Assembly (NCBI GenBank): GCA_024679065.1
Contig: JAGIQG010000002.1
Coordinates: 92,814,001 to 92,878,000 of the forward strand
Direction: 5' to 3'
Length of the DNA: 64,000 bases
Source: Sphyrna mokarran
Lineage: Eukaryota
Shown here: one piece after another, positions 50,063-60,534 of the stretch
Layout of the letters: each line of letters opens with the position of its first letter
How positions within the stretch are numbered: the first letter of the stretch is position 1
The notes under the pieces: generated by a model
The model's database searches: none
What the model was told of the DNA's origin: nothing
What the model saw: the letters and a program-made list of their open reading frames with translations, nothing else
Made by a program: the position numbers and the translations under genes

Positions 50063-50412
50063 GACAGGGTTTGTTCCACAGAGCTTTTTGTCTTGCACTC
50101 ATCAAGACACTTTGCAAGAAAAACAGTACAAGGAAAATAACAATTTATACTGTGAGTGCTGATCAACTGACACGTAGGCTCTGATTGGTAGGGGCATTGT
50201 CACAGTGAATGCACATGGTGATAGTGACTAATGGTTCGCTGCCAAATACTGTTTGAAATTTAAAGCAGACAGCTTACTCCTGATTTGCCAAGGCATTGCC
50301 CTGAGGAATGAGTCAGCAAATAGCTAAGAAGTATTTTGTTTAGCTGCAACAGCCGCAATGTGTGTGCCTGTTTTTCCTGTCTGCAAAAGGCAGCGCTCTG
50401 TGTATTAATGTA
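50063..50412 (-). mobile_element. Penelope-like derived repeat with decayed hammerhead motif
   Basis: Reverse strand at 50081-50110: GTGTCTTGATGAGTGCAAGACAAAAAGCTC (compare CUGAUGA-stem II-GAAA); CTGATTGG motifs in the body. Confidence 0.5.
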
Positions 50413-50449
50413 AGCAGACCCCAGTACAGTCAAATATACCACGCTGCAA

Positions 50450-50520
50450 GCCTAACTGGAAAATTGTCCAGATATATCCTGTCCACAAAAAAGCAAAACG
50501 AATTCAACCCAATGAACAAT
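50450..50520 (+). mobile_element. LINE family B RT N-terminal fragment
   Basis: WKIVQIYPVHKK matches the CR1-group WK.A.V.PV.KK motif. Confidence 0.7.
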
Positions 50521-50529
50521 AGTCAACCA

Positions 50530-51275
50530 GTGGCCATTTAGGGCCTCTAGGGAGGCTGAGGGGAAAAGGGGTGGGGGGTGACCTTTGGGCAGCGTCAGAC
50601 TGGCAATGTCACCTTGGCACCTGGGCAATGCCAGTCTGACTCTGGGCAATGCCCAGTGAGCAATGGGGGAGGAGTTAATGGGGAAAAGACAAGTTGCTAC
50701 TCTTTAGCTATCAGTTTGGAGAGGGAGGGAGGGAGAGAGGAGGTCCACTGCCACTCACAGTGGTGAGAGGGTGGTGACTCCGCAATTGTTGGGGGGAGGG
50801 CAGTGAATCCATGATTGGTAGGGGGAGGATGGCAGGTCCCCGATTGGTTGGGGGAGGGCAGCAAGTTCACGATTGATGGGGGAGGATGGTGTGTCCGCAA
50901 TTGGTGGGGAGAGGACAACGAGTCCGCGATTGATGGGGGGAGGGCGGCAGAACCATGGCTGCTAGAGAAGGAGGATTCCATGATTGTTCTGGGCAGTAGA
51001 TCGGGCGGGGGTGTGGGGGGAGGGGGGCGGTCAGCAGAGCTATATCTCGGGCCGCTGAACCCCACAATTGCAGGGGGAAGCTGCTTCAGGCAACAGAACA
51101 ACAGGAGCCTGACAGCTCTCTTTTCTGTTAGACCTAATGAGCATGTGCACATCAGAGGCCTGCACATGCATACTACCTCCTTCTGTGGGCTTTTGGGCAC
51201 CTTCGGCCCTGCCCACAGGCTTCTGCAGTGAGCAATAGGCTGGGGGAGGGAGGGGGGGCTGTAAAATTGGCCCAA
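50530..51275. mobile_element. GC-rich non-autonomous DNA element containing a ~29-bp minisatellite
   Basis: GGCAATGCC motifs; ends GGGGGCTGTAAAATTGGCCC; separates the LINE-B pieces at 50450 and 51383. Confidence 0.6.
50780..50958. repeat. Degenerate ~29-bp G-rich minisatellite, about 6 units
   Basis: Units of CCGCRATTGNTGGGGGGAGGRYRG.., e.g. ccgcaattgttggggggagggcagtgaat and ccgcgattgatggggggagggcggcagaa. Confidence 0.8.
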
Positions 51276-51382
51276 AAGACCAATCTGAAAACTCTCCCAG
51301 TTTCAAGTCCACCCAGTATTTGGGGAGGGAGGAAAAAATTGTAAAATCATCCCCATGACAAATTAGAAAGAAAACTCAATTG

Positions 51383-52101
51383 ATTGGAGCCATACCCAGC
51401 AAAAGGGAAATAATTGTAGTTGTTGGAAGTCAATTATTTCAGTCCCACTGCAGGAGGTCCTCAGAGTGGTATCGTAGGCCCAACCATCTACAGCTGTTTC
51501 ACCAATGATCTTCCCTCCTTTTTAAGGTTGAAAGTGGGGATGTTTATTAATGATTATATAATTTTCAGCCCATTTGTGACTCCTCAGATACTGAAGTGTT
51601 CTGTGCCCATTAGAACACAGAACCAGGTAACTAACCATTTCCAAGAGAAAATCTACCCATCTCACCTTGATATTTTACGGCACAGCATTGCTGAGTCCCC
51701 CTATTTCAATATCCTGGGAAGTTACTATTGAGCTGAAACTGAACTGGACTAACCATGTAAATATTGTGGCTATCAGCTCCAAGGCAGAGGCTGGGAATTC
51801 TGGGATGATTAGCTCACCTTCTGACAAAGCCAGTCCACCATCTAGAAGACACACATCAGGAGTGTGGTAGAGTACCCTTCAATTGCCAAGATGAGTAGAA
51901 CTCCAAAAACGTGCAAAAACCTCAACATCATCCAGGACAATTTGATTCACATTCCATCAGCCACCTTGAACATTCACTCCATTACAAAAGTAGCAACAGT
52001 ATCATCTGCAAATTGCACTGCAGGAACTCACCAATGCTCCATCGACAGCATTTGCTAAACTCATTGGGTAGCCAATGCATAGAACACCACCACCTGAAAA
52101 T

Positions 52102-52141
<40 letters not shown>

Positions 52142-52375
52142 ACCCCAAGCAATGGACCATCCCGAATTGCAACTGTATCTCCATTCCTTCACTGTTGCTG
52201 GATCACAATCCTGGGAGTCCCTTCCATACAGCACTGTGGGTATACTTCAAGCAGATGGGTGCAGCGGTTTAAGAAGGCAACTCATCACCACCTTTTCCAG
52301 GTCAATTCAGGGTGGACAATAAATGCTGGTCTAACCGGTGATGCCCACAGTCCATGAACAAATAAATGTAAAAAA
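51383..52375 (+). mobile_element. LINE family B RT C-terminus and 3' tail
   Basis: GGPQSGIVGPTIYSCFTNDLPS..KVGMFIND; tail CAATAAATGCTGGTCTAACCGGTGATGCCCACAGTCCATGAACAAATAAA. Confidence 0.9.
52103..52141. repeat. C39 homopolymer inside LINE B
   Basis: Seen directly; length may be uncertain because of sequencing or assembly error. Confidence 0.9.
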
Positions 52376-53534
52376 GAAACTTGCCCCATCCTCCAGTGTA
52401 AAGCACAGAGAATGTGAGTTCCCTGCATTTACACCACTTCTGAATTAATATCTATGGAAATAAATATCTATGTGAGGCAACTGAGCTGTTACCACCAGTT
52501 TCTCACCTCCAACCTAGTTGAAAGTTGCTCTATTTTTGTGAGGATTTGTTACAAATTATATAACATATGTTGATGTTTTAGAATAATAGCTCACTTACAA
52601 ATGATTTTCTCACAAAACTGGCCTGGATATAAACTCTACAAAGCCAGCAGCTTTTTAATTTTTGACAAATTACTCCGTATTGTAATAAGATTGATGAACT
52701 CGCATTCATTGTGAAATGCTAATACAAGTGAAGGAACTGAGTTCACAGCCTAACTTCAGCACCGATTCTTTTTCTTAAAAACTAGCCATCAACCTGTCAG
52801 CCATGTACGGAGAGCACTGAAGCATAAGTGCTGCAAGGCATGATAGATCTCCAGGCTGTTATACCTCCTCCTCAAATCTTTCCAACTCAACCCAAAAGTA
52901 TTCAAGCTATTTGTGAGCCTGTTGTTGATCCCTATGGTCAAATATCCCAGTGGTGTTTACTATTCAGGCCCTTACGTGAACACAAGCTCAGTTGAACTAG
53001 TTAATGGAAAGCCTCAGTGACCCCTGGTTTTACACCCAACATTATTTACTGTTTTCAGGATCAAAGACAATGTATATAGAATTTTGAGGGGGGGGGGTTG
53101 TGTGGAGGGAGGTGAAGGTCGAGGATGGAGCTTGTTATAATGTGAGACCTTAATTAAATAAGGACGTTTTATGTTTTCAAAAATGAAGAAACTTAGGCAG
53201 TCAATCTGGGGAATATTTATAAACTGGAAAATTAAAACTGTTTTCATTCATAATATATCATCACATTTCTGCAGATATTCTGGTAGATGCCGGTTCTTTG
53301 ACAATCAAGAAAAGCAGCTGTTTATATTCCCAATTGTTAGAACTCTTCAACCAAATCACGTCTGTGTTCTTGAATTTCTATTTGCCCAGACTGTCTGCAA
53401 TTCTTGCCAGTACTTTGATTCCTGATCTCAGAGATAGTAAGAAATGCAGTTACCCCAGTGCATCTGCTACACTGCAGTGAGTCTTATACAATTCTGTAGA
53501 AGTAGGTTTAGAATTTATTCATTATCCCTGTGAT

Positions 53535-53625
53535 TTGAATTCTCTTCTTGAATGCTGCCTTTTGCCCCTTCTCTCTTCATTGTCAAATACTTCCTGAAAA
53601 CTTCTTTCTATAAACTATTGTCATC
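53535..53625 (+). mobile_element. L2 LINE 3' fragment
   Basis: TTGAATTCTCTT..CTTCCTGAAAACTTCTTTCTAT resembles L2 WNSLP..FK..LKT.LF. Confidence 0.45.
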
Positions 53626-53681
53626 TCACATAACTATCTCCATTTATCAATCCCTGCTCCCTGATAAAGACTTAAAGTCTT

Positions 53682-54035
53682 TTATTCAACTGCAGGATAT
53701 GAGTATTGCTGACTGGTCAGCATTTATTGCCCATTCCTAGTTGCCCTTGAGAAGATGGTGGTAAGCTGCCTTTCTGAAACTTTCCAGTCCACATACTGGG
53801 AGTTGACCCACAATACTGTTAGGGAATTTCAGGATTTTGACCCAGTGACTGTGAAGGAACAGCAATATATTGCCAAGTCAGGATGATGAGTGACTTGAAG
53901 GGGAACTTGCAGGTGGTGGTGTTCCCATGTGTCTGCTGCCTATGTCCTTCTGAATGGAAGTGGTCATGGATTTGGAAGGTGCTGCCTAAGGGTCTGTGGT
54001 GAATTTCTGCAGTGTAACTTATAAATAGTACATAC
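53682..54035 (-). mobile_element. LINE family B 3' end, relatively young
   Basis: CAGCATTTATTGCCCATTCCTAGTTGCCCTTGAGAAGATGGTGG..GGGAACTTGCAGGTGGTGGTGTTCCCATGTGTCTGCTGCC. Confidence 0.9.
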
Positions 54036-54430
54036 GCACTATCTATAAGATAATTGGGAACTAATCACGTATAAGTTGTTATTACTGCTTAAGACTTGTT
54101 ACGGTGTACCGTCTTCACACCGTGTAATTCTGAAATCCTTTTGATATCAGTGGATTAGTATCACATTAGGTGGTGTATTTATTGTGGTACTAGATCTTTT
54201 AGAATGGATGACATTTCGTATCAGAATTCAATCTGTTTCAAAACTACAAAATTCATTAATTTTCGTTTATTATTACTGACTGAACCCATTTTTGAATCCA
54301 CTGCACTTGTTCAAAAATGCTGCATTGAGTGTGGTAATTCCATGCAATAACTGAAGATTTATAATTTTCTGTTTAGAGCATTTGTTCCCCCATTTGCAGT
54401 GGCTGAGTTAGTCATGTTACATTTTATATT

Positions 54431-54548
54431 GTACAGGGTATTTAATAGGATTGAGGGTGATAGGTAGGCCTAATAGGTAGGGATATGATCAGCACAACTT
54501 GTGAGCTGAAGGGCCTGTTTGTGCTGTAGTTTTGTATGTTCTATGTTA
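54431..54548 (+). mobile_element. CR1 3' tail
   Basis: GATCAGCACAACTTGTGAGCTGAAGGGCCTGTTTGTGCTGTAG..TATGTTCTATGTT. Confidence 0.7.
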
Positions 54549-54792
54549 AGATCTGCATCATCAGCACTAACTTCCAACACGTTGATCCTGCTGGAATTAG
54601 CTAAAGTTAGGAGCCTGAAAGTTAGGCTTTCCAGTGCCATCCCATGGTGTTTATTTTTGGGGTGCAACTGCTCTGCACAATAAGTACATCACTAACTGGT
54701 GCTATCTGGACAGACGTTCGTGCCAGATTAAAACAGGTCCGGGAATTCAACTGAATTATCATTTTGGTTCAAATGAAAGCAAGCCTGTCATT

Positions 54793-55112
54793 TTATTTGA
54801 TTTGTTCATGGGATGTGGGCATCGCTGGCTGGATCAGAACTAAATGCCCATCCCTGAGGGATTTAAGAATCACCCACATTGCTATGGATCTGGAGTCACG
54901 TGGATAAGGATGACGGATTTCCTTCCCTACCCTGAAGAACATTAGAGAACTGGATGTGTTTTTACTCAATGGTTTCATGGTCATCATTAGATTTATAATT
55001 CCAGATTTTTATTCGAATTTCACCATTTGTCATGGTGGCATTCGAACCCAGTTTCTCAGAGTATTACTGGGAATTACTGTCCAGCATCAATATCATGATG
55101 CCACTGACATCC
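54793..55112 (-). mobile_element. SINE-B (MetaSINE-like), near full length
   Basis: Tail TTCATGGGATGTGGGCATCGCTGGC, core TGGAGTCAC..GATTTCCTTCCCTA, head CATGGTGGCATTCGAACCCAG (reverse B box). Confidence 0.8.
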
Positions 55113-55152
55113 TTTTTACATAAAACTGTGCGCTATCAGTGGAGATATATTA

Positions 55153-55295
55153 AGGCTTGCATTTATGTAGTGCTTTACACAACCACGAGAGAATTAAATA
55201 CTTTTGGCAGCGTAGCTATTGTTGTAATGCAGGGAATCTGATTTTGCGCGCGGCAAATTCTCAGAACAACAATATAATTACAACCAGGTAATCTT
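55153..55295 (-). mobile_element. DeuSINE 3' part
   Basis: GGCTTGCATTTATGTAGTGCTTT..TACTTTTGGCAGCGTAGCTATTGTTGTAATGCAGGGAA. Confidence 0.6.
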
Positions 55296-55330
55296 TACCT
55301 CTTTTTCTCACCTGTATGTAAAATCTTAAA

Positions 55331-56482
55331 GGGGTGATTCTTCCAAATTACGTGCCCATGCCAGTGGGAGACCTGGAGAGGTCCTGCTGGTGTTAGCAGT
55401 GTCTATCAGCTGGGATAGATACTGATTTATTCTCAGCAGGCAAACCGTCAGCCAGCCCTGCTGCTCCAAGCCTGGGCTGCTGTTTTTAAAGGGCAATCAG
55501 GTCTCTGCATTTGTTTACCAGCCTCCTCTCCCCAAAAAATGAATTGGTGCCCCTTTCCCTGCCACTTACCAGGTGAGCATCACCAAGCTACCAAGCTCTC
55601 ACCAAAGAGGAGCATCCTTCCCTCTTGCCAGGTGATTAGAGGGACATGGAGGTTAAAGTGACCTGCCTACTTCAGAACTTACACAGGTGACAGGTGGGAA
55701 TGCAGAAATTGATCATTGGATTACCTGAAATCACCATGCTGATATTCAGGTAGGCCTTTGCTTGAAGGGCAGACCAGCCATGAAAATCCCATCATGGCAA
55801 AGAGTGGTGAGGTCAACCTCTTACCTCCGGCTTGAGCCCTTTCAACCTTCAGGAGCCTTGAGGGATCCTGCCTCTGAAGCCTGACAGCAGCAGAGGAGCA
55901 AATGGCCACTGGATCAAACTCCTCAAGTCCCCTCAAGGCCCAAGGTGTCAGGCTACTGTGTCAGTGCCATGGTACCAGAGGCAGTGCACTGTTGGCACTA
56001 CCAATATACTTGGCCTGAGGGGAGGCCGAGTGCAGATCTGAGGGAAATGGGGGGTTGAGGTGGGGGGTCTGAGGGTGGGGAATGAATGATGGGGGGGTTG
56101 GGGATCAGATAAACATCATGCTTGCGTGATGTGTGGTGGGGGGAGAATGCTCTCATTGCTGAGGGGTTGGCGGTCTTCCTCGACCCTCGGGGTTCAACAT
56201 ACCAGGCCCTCGCATGTGAGGATCTATGCCAAAGCCCACCTGGTGCAGGTCGCATGGGGAGTTGGGAGAATAGCGAGACCTATTTGTCTCGGGCTGCAAG
56301 CCAGCTACTAAACATGTAAGTGAGTATATTTAGATATTAATAGGCTACTCACCTGTTCTGGCTGGAATCCTAATTGCTGCTGACGCTGGTGAATGGGGCA
56401 AAACCTGCTTTCCAGCTGACTCTCGATTCTCCGCGCCCTTGAAAATCACAGTCGGGACTGGCAGGCCTTGAGAATTCCTCCT
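55331..56482. mobile_element. GC-rich non-autonomous DNA element (Harbinger-like)
   Basis: Degenerate TIRs GGGGTGATTCTTCC ... GAGAATTCCTCC; subterminal TCGATTCTCCGCGC. Confidence 0.6.
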
Positions 56483-56483
56483 C

Positions 56484-56495
56484 CTCTTCCTTCCT

Positions 56496-56533
<38 letters not shown>

Positions 56534-56600
56534 GTCTCTGTCTCTCTCCCCCTACCCCCCCCACCTCCCGACTCCCCCTCCCTCTCACCCCTCACCCCTC
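56484..56600. repeat. (CT)n/(CTGTCT)n microsatellite and C-rich tract
   Basis: Seen directly in the sequence. Confidence 0.9.
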
Positions 56601-57694
56601 ACCAAAAGCTGTTGAATCTGAGACTCTTCAGGGCATCATTGCCTCATCATTGAGGATTTATCGGAGGAAAAAGCCAACAACCACTTAAGATGTTCATTAG
56701 CACCTCTGTGGGCTGATGGGCAACATCTTTAATGATCTGCGTCCATAAGAGGCTTCATTAGTGCTCTATAAGAGAGACTGCAACACTTGGAAAAAGATAT
56801 CAAAAATGTTCTTGGCTGTAAAAATAACAATTACCATAGAATCCAACATATAATGAGTCTTTTGGGTGGTAAGCTAGCCTTAATTATTTCCAGAGTAAAC
56901 CTTAGATAACTGTTACCATATACCTTTGTAATTCTGCTTTGTTGTGCATTTAAAGTGCAGAACAGGCAGACACGGGCAAAATTGAAAAGATGCAGAACAC
57001 CCTCAACAATAAAATACCTCACACCAAGGTCAAATGAATTTATAATTTCTTATTTCCAATTGAATTTTCATTTTAGTGTTAACGAAGATCAATTCTTTCT
57101 AAGTGCCTCGTAGCTCACACAGTTAAGCACTAGCTGAAAGGAAGCATTGAAGTTTCATTCCAGGTTATGTTGAGCGTTAATAATAAATTGTAGCATTTTA
57201 ATACTTCCCTGCTCTTTATTCCCCTAAGTCTGTTTGCATTACTAATCGTTTCTGAAGAACTGATTAAAGGCAACACACTAAGATGTTTCTGAAAGATCTG
57301 GTGAATGTGGGCTAAATAACATTTACTTCTGACTTTGAAATCCCTCAATTTATTTTTAAAGGAATACTTGTGGTGTTGCACCATAACAGTTTTGAAATGT
57401 TGGCTTGTAACCGCATTCCAACCCCATGATTGTGCGTAAGTAACACTGGCTGCAGGACAGTTCTTCTTACTTTGATTTTTCTTTTATGATCAACAATCCA
57501 TTGTCACTCAAATATCAGGGTCATCTCGAGGGATCTTTGTTGCTTCATTTACATGTATTCACACTTGGCTACACTAGGATTTATACTCTGAATTCAAGCT
57601 GGTAGCAACATGGTTTTGGGCTTGACTATTTGGTGACAAAACAACAGCATTACAGAAAGATTTAGATGCTTTCCCTTTCGTGAAGTTTCTTTCA

Positions 57695-57998
57695 GGAGGC
57701 ACAGTGATACAGCGGTTAGTATTGCTGTCACACAATGTCAGAGACATATGTTCGATTCCCGGCTTGGGCAACTGTCTGTGTGGAGTTGTGCCATTCTTGT
57801 GTCTACATGGATTTCCTCTCAGTGCTTCTGTGTCCTCCCACAGTCCGAAAGACATTCTGGTTAGGTGCATTGGCCATGGTAGATTCTCTCTCTATACCCA
57901 AACAGATGCAGGAATATGGCAACAAGGGGGTTTTTACAGTGACTTTATTGCAGTGTTAATGTAAGCCTACTTGTGACACTAATAAATAAACAAACAAA
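57695..57998 (+). mobile_element. V-SINE variant with alternative (Rex1-like) tail, full length
   Basis: HE1-like head and V core, then TTTACAGTGACTTTATTGCAGTGTTAATGTAAGCCTACTTGTGACACTAATAAATAAACAAACAAA. Confidence 0.9.
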
Positions 57999-58010
57999 GA
58001 ATATGGAAGT

Positions 58011-58382
58011 AAAGACTTGCATTCCTAAACATCCTTCATGTTTTTCAGAAGATCCCAAAGTACCAACAGTCTGTGTGATACATTTTGAAGTATAGTGACA
58101 GTTGTTTTGGGGGCAAGCTTGACGCTAGAGTTGAGCATGGTTATGTTCCACAGGCAGTAATGAGATGAATATAAATGCAAGTTGTAGCTGAATGATCAGC
58201 CAGTCTGTTTTGTTGCATTGGTTGAGGCATGGTCAGGATGTTGTGACAGTTCCATGCTCCTCTTCTAAATTGTTGGATCTTGCACATCCAGGAAGAAGGC
58301 AGATATGGTTCTGGTTTGACATTTCATTCAAAGGATAAAAGTGATCAAGCAATGCAACACTCCTTCAACTCTGAACTGAAGT
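58011..58382 (-). mobile_element. DeuSINE (SacSINE1-like)
   Basis: Tail AAAGACTTGCATT..TTTTGAAGTATAGT; core GGTTTGACATTTCATTCAAAGGA..CAATGCAACACTCCTTCA. Confidence 0.7.
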
Positions 58383-58429
58383 AAACTTGCATTGACTGTC
58401 CTGATACGTGAATTGTAACTGGTACTTGT

Positions 58430-58528
58430 TAGTACAGCAAGTGATCAGGAAAGTAAATGGAATGTTAGAGTTTGATGCTAGGGAAATTGAATATTAAAAT
58501 AGCTGTACAAGGCTGTTATAAAACCACA
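58430..58528 (+). mobile_element. CR1 fragment
   Basis: VQQVIRKVNGMLEFDAREIEY matches CR1 VQ..I.KANGML.FI.RGIEY. Confidence 0.75.
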
Positions 58529-58529
58529 G

Positions 58530-60532
58530 CCATGACTTACCGGCCTCACCATACTTGGTACAGATTGCGCCAATCCTGGAAAATTGCATGTAGGCCTAAA
58601 AATGCAATTTGTGTCTGGCATTAAACAATTTGCAATTGTCTTGGTCCTTTACTGTTGGCGCAAACTGGATCATACACCCGAAAGGCACAAAGTGGCATTA
58701 GCATATTTAAAATAGTATTTAAACACGCTTAGCCTGTTTGAAGCCAAATTCTCCCAGCTTCTGGGATCTCCTGAGCCTCGCATGCAGCGAGAACCCAACA
58801 ACAATCACTATGAGTCCCCATTAGTGGAGACCAGGCGTGATGGCCAGGCAGGGGACTTGAAGACCATCAAAGACCCTGGATGGTCAGGGACATAGCTGGG
58901 TACTGCCTGCTTGGCATATTGGTAGTGCCCATCTGGCACATGAGTGCCTACCTGGCACACCTGCAGAGCCAGGTGTTGTAGGGGCAGTGTCAAGGAGCAG
59001 GACCTGAATGGGGGCAAAAATGTAGAAAAGGCCGAAATTCTGAACTTCCTTCTTCAAGCACAGTTTTCAAAGCACAGTTTTCCTGGGGTTGAAAATGGAC
59101 CCAAATTGGGATTCATGCATGCCCATTTCACAGGGGTACCTGCCCATAGAAACCAGCAGCTGATTCCACACAACTGTGATTTTGGTGACCCAGGCAAACG
59201 CAGTAAGCACAGATTAGACATGCTGAAAGCAGATCTGAACTTTATAAGATTATATTGGAAAGCCAGGCTACCTTTTTGGAGAGTCAAGGTAGCCCTTTGG
59301 ATAAGGTCTTGGGATAATTTGGGGAGATCAAGTGCCATAATTTTGGGAGGGATCAGGTGACCTTTGAGATTTTACAGAAGTGGGCATGAATTTGTGTAAA
59401 ATGGCCCTAAACTCTAAAGCTTATTGAAACTGTCAAAACAGCTGTCAAAATGTCAAGGTGAGCCGTCAAAGAGAGCTTTCAAGCTGTTAAAGTATTTAAA
59501 ATGCCTGCCCTTTTAACTCTTTCAGGAAGTGATAAAAATGATAGCTTGTTATTCACTTTAGCTGTTGTCATATGTTTTAGGGTTTCCAATACTAGGTTAG
59601 TTGAGCATTTCTAAATGGCTGTTGTCACAATAGAGTGCCTGCCATTTCACAGTTGAATTGCCACAGCCAAGTGGTTTTGGACTTTCTGAAGTAGGGCAAT
59701 GAATTCCAATGCTTGTTTATATAATAATGCAATTGAATGAAATGCTTGTTATCAGGAGTAATGACGTTGAAGGAATGTAAATGTAGTAAATAGGTTGTAA
59801 TGAATGAGAAGTAGAAAATAATCAACAACAGACATTTTGAACTCTATTTAATCTCAACGTGGGTCCTGATGTCTGCACATGGTGGATGTGGAATGAATTG
59901 GCATTGATAGGTATAAGGCAAAAGGGTGGAAATAATATGCACTAAGGTGGTGATGTCACTCTAAAGAGCCACGGGTGGGTGGGGGCAATTGTTTGCGTGG
60001 ATGGTGTGAGAGGTCATGGGTTGAGCAGATGGGCATTGGTTAGCGTGGAGGGCATCATGCACTGGGGACCGGAGAGATGGGCATAGGGTAACATATGACA
60101 ATAGAGGGCCATTGGGAATGCATGGGAAGCATGCAGTGGCATGGGTAGTATGCAGTGTGACTAGTGAAGTCTGGGGGGCTGATTTATGCTTTTTTTGTTC
60201 GTGTTAAAACTTTGGCCTTCTGCCACTCTATCTCTATACCTGGCAGCCTCTGGACTCATTCCATAGATGCCCAACCTGACTCTCAGGAAACCCCACCCAT
60301 CCCAGAATGAAAATCCTACCTTCGGGGCTACTTTTCCCTGAGATGGGTTTGCAGAAAGAAGTCTGACAACACCAGTTTTAAATCCAACCGATTTATTTGA
60401 ATCAAATAAATCTGTTGGATTTAAAACTAGTATTGTCAGACTTCTTACTGTGTTTACCCCAGTCCAACGCCAGCATCTCCACATCATGGGTTTACAGAAT
60501 CAGGAAATGCCGTTGGCAGTGAAAATCCAGGT
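58530..60532. mobile_element. Composite of non-autonomous DNA elements (Harbinger-like) between two CR1 pieces
   Basis: GC-rich MITE interior at 58530-59010; right end GTGAAAATCCAGG at ~60531. Internal boundaries are unresolved. Confidence 0.45.
60357..60485 (+). mobile_element. Short Penelope-like insertion forming a hairpin, with 14-bp TSD
   Basis: 45-bp arms 60356-60400 and 60402-60446 (42/45 complementary), then CCCCAGTCCAACGCCAGCATCTCCACATC. Flanked by ATGGGTTTGCAGAA (60343) and ATGGGTTTACAGAA (60486). Confidence 0.75.
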
Positions 60533-60534
60533 TT

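Noticed and set aside
50780-50958. CRISPR-like ~29-bp repeats
   Set aside because: Units are contiguous and degenerate with no unique spacers, in a eukaryotic context.
50697-51275. Longest ORF (192 aa, Pro-rich) and the overlapping Gly-rich ORF
   Set aside because: Both arise from a GC-rich minisatellite inside a MITE where stops are rare; no recognisable domain.
51911-52357. Polyproline / polyglycine ORFs
   Set aside because: Translation of a C39 homopolymer within a dead LINE.
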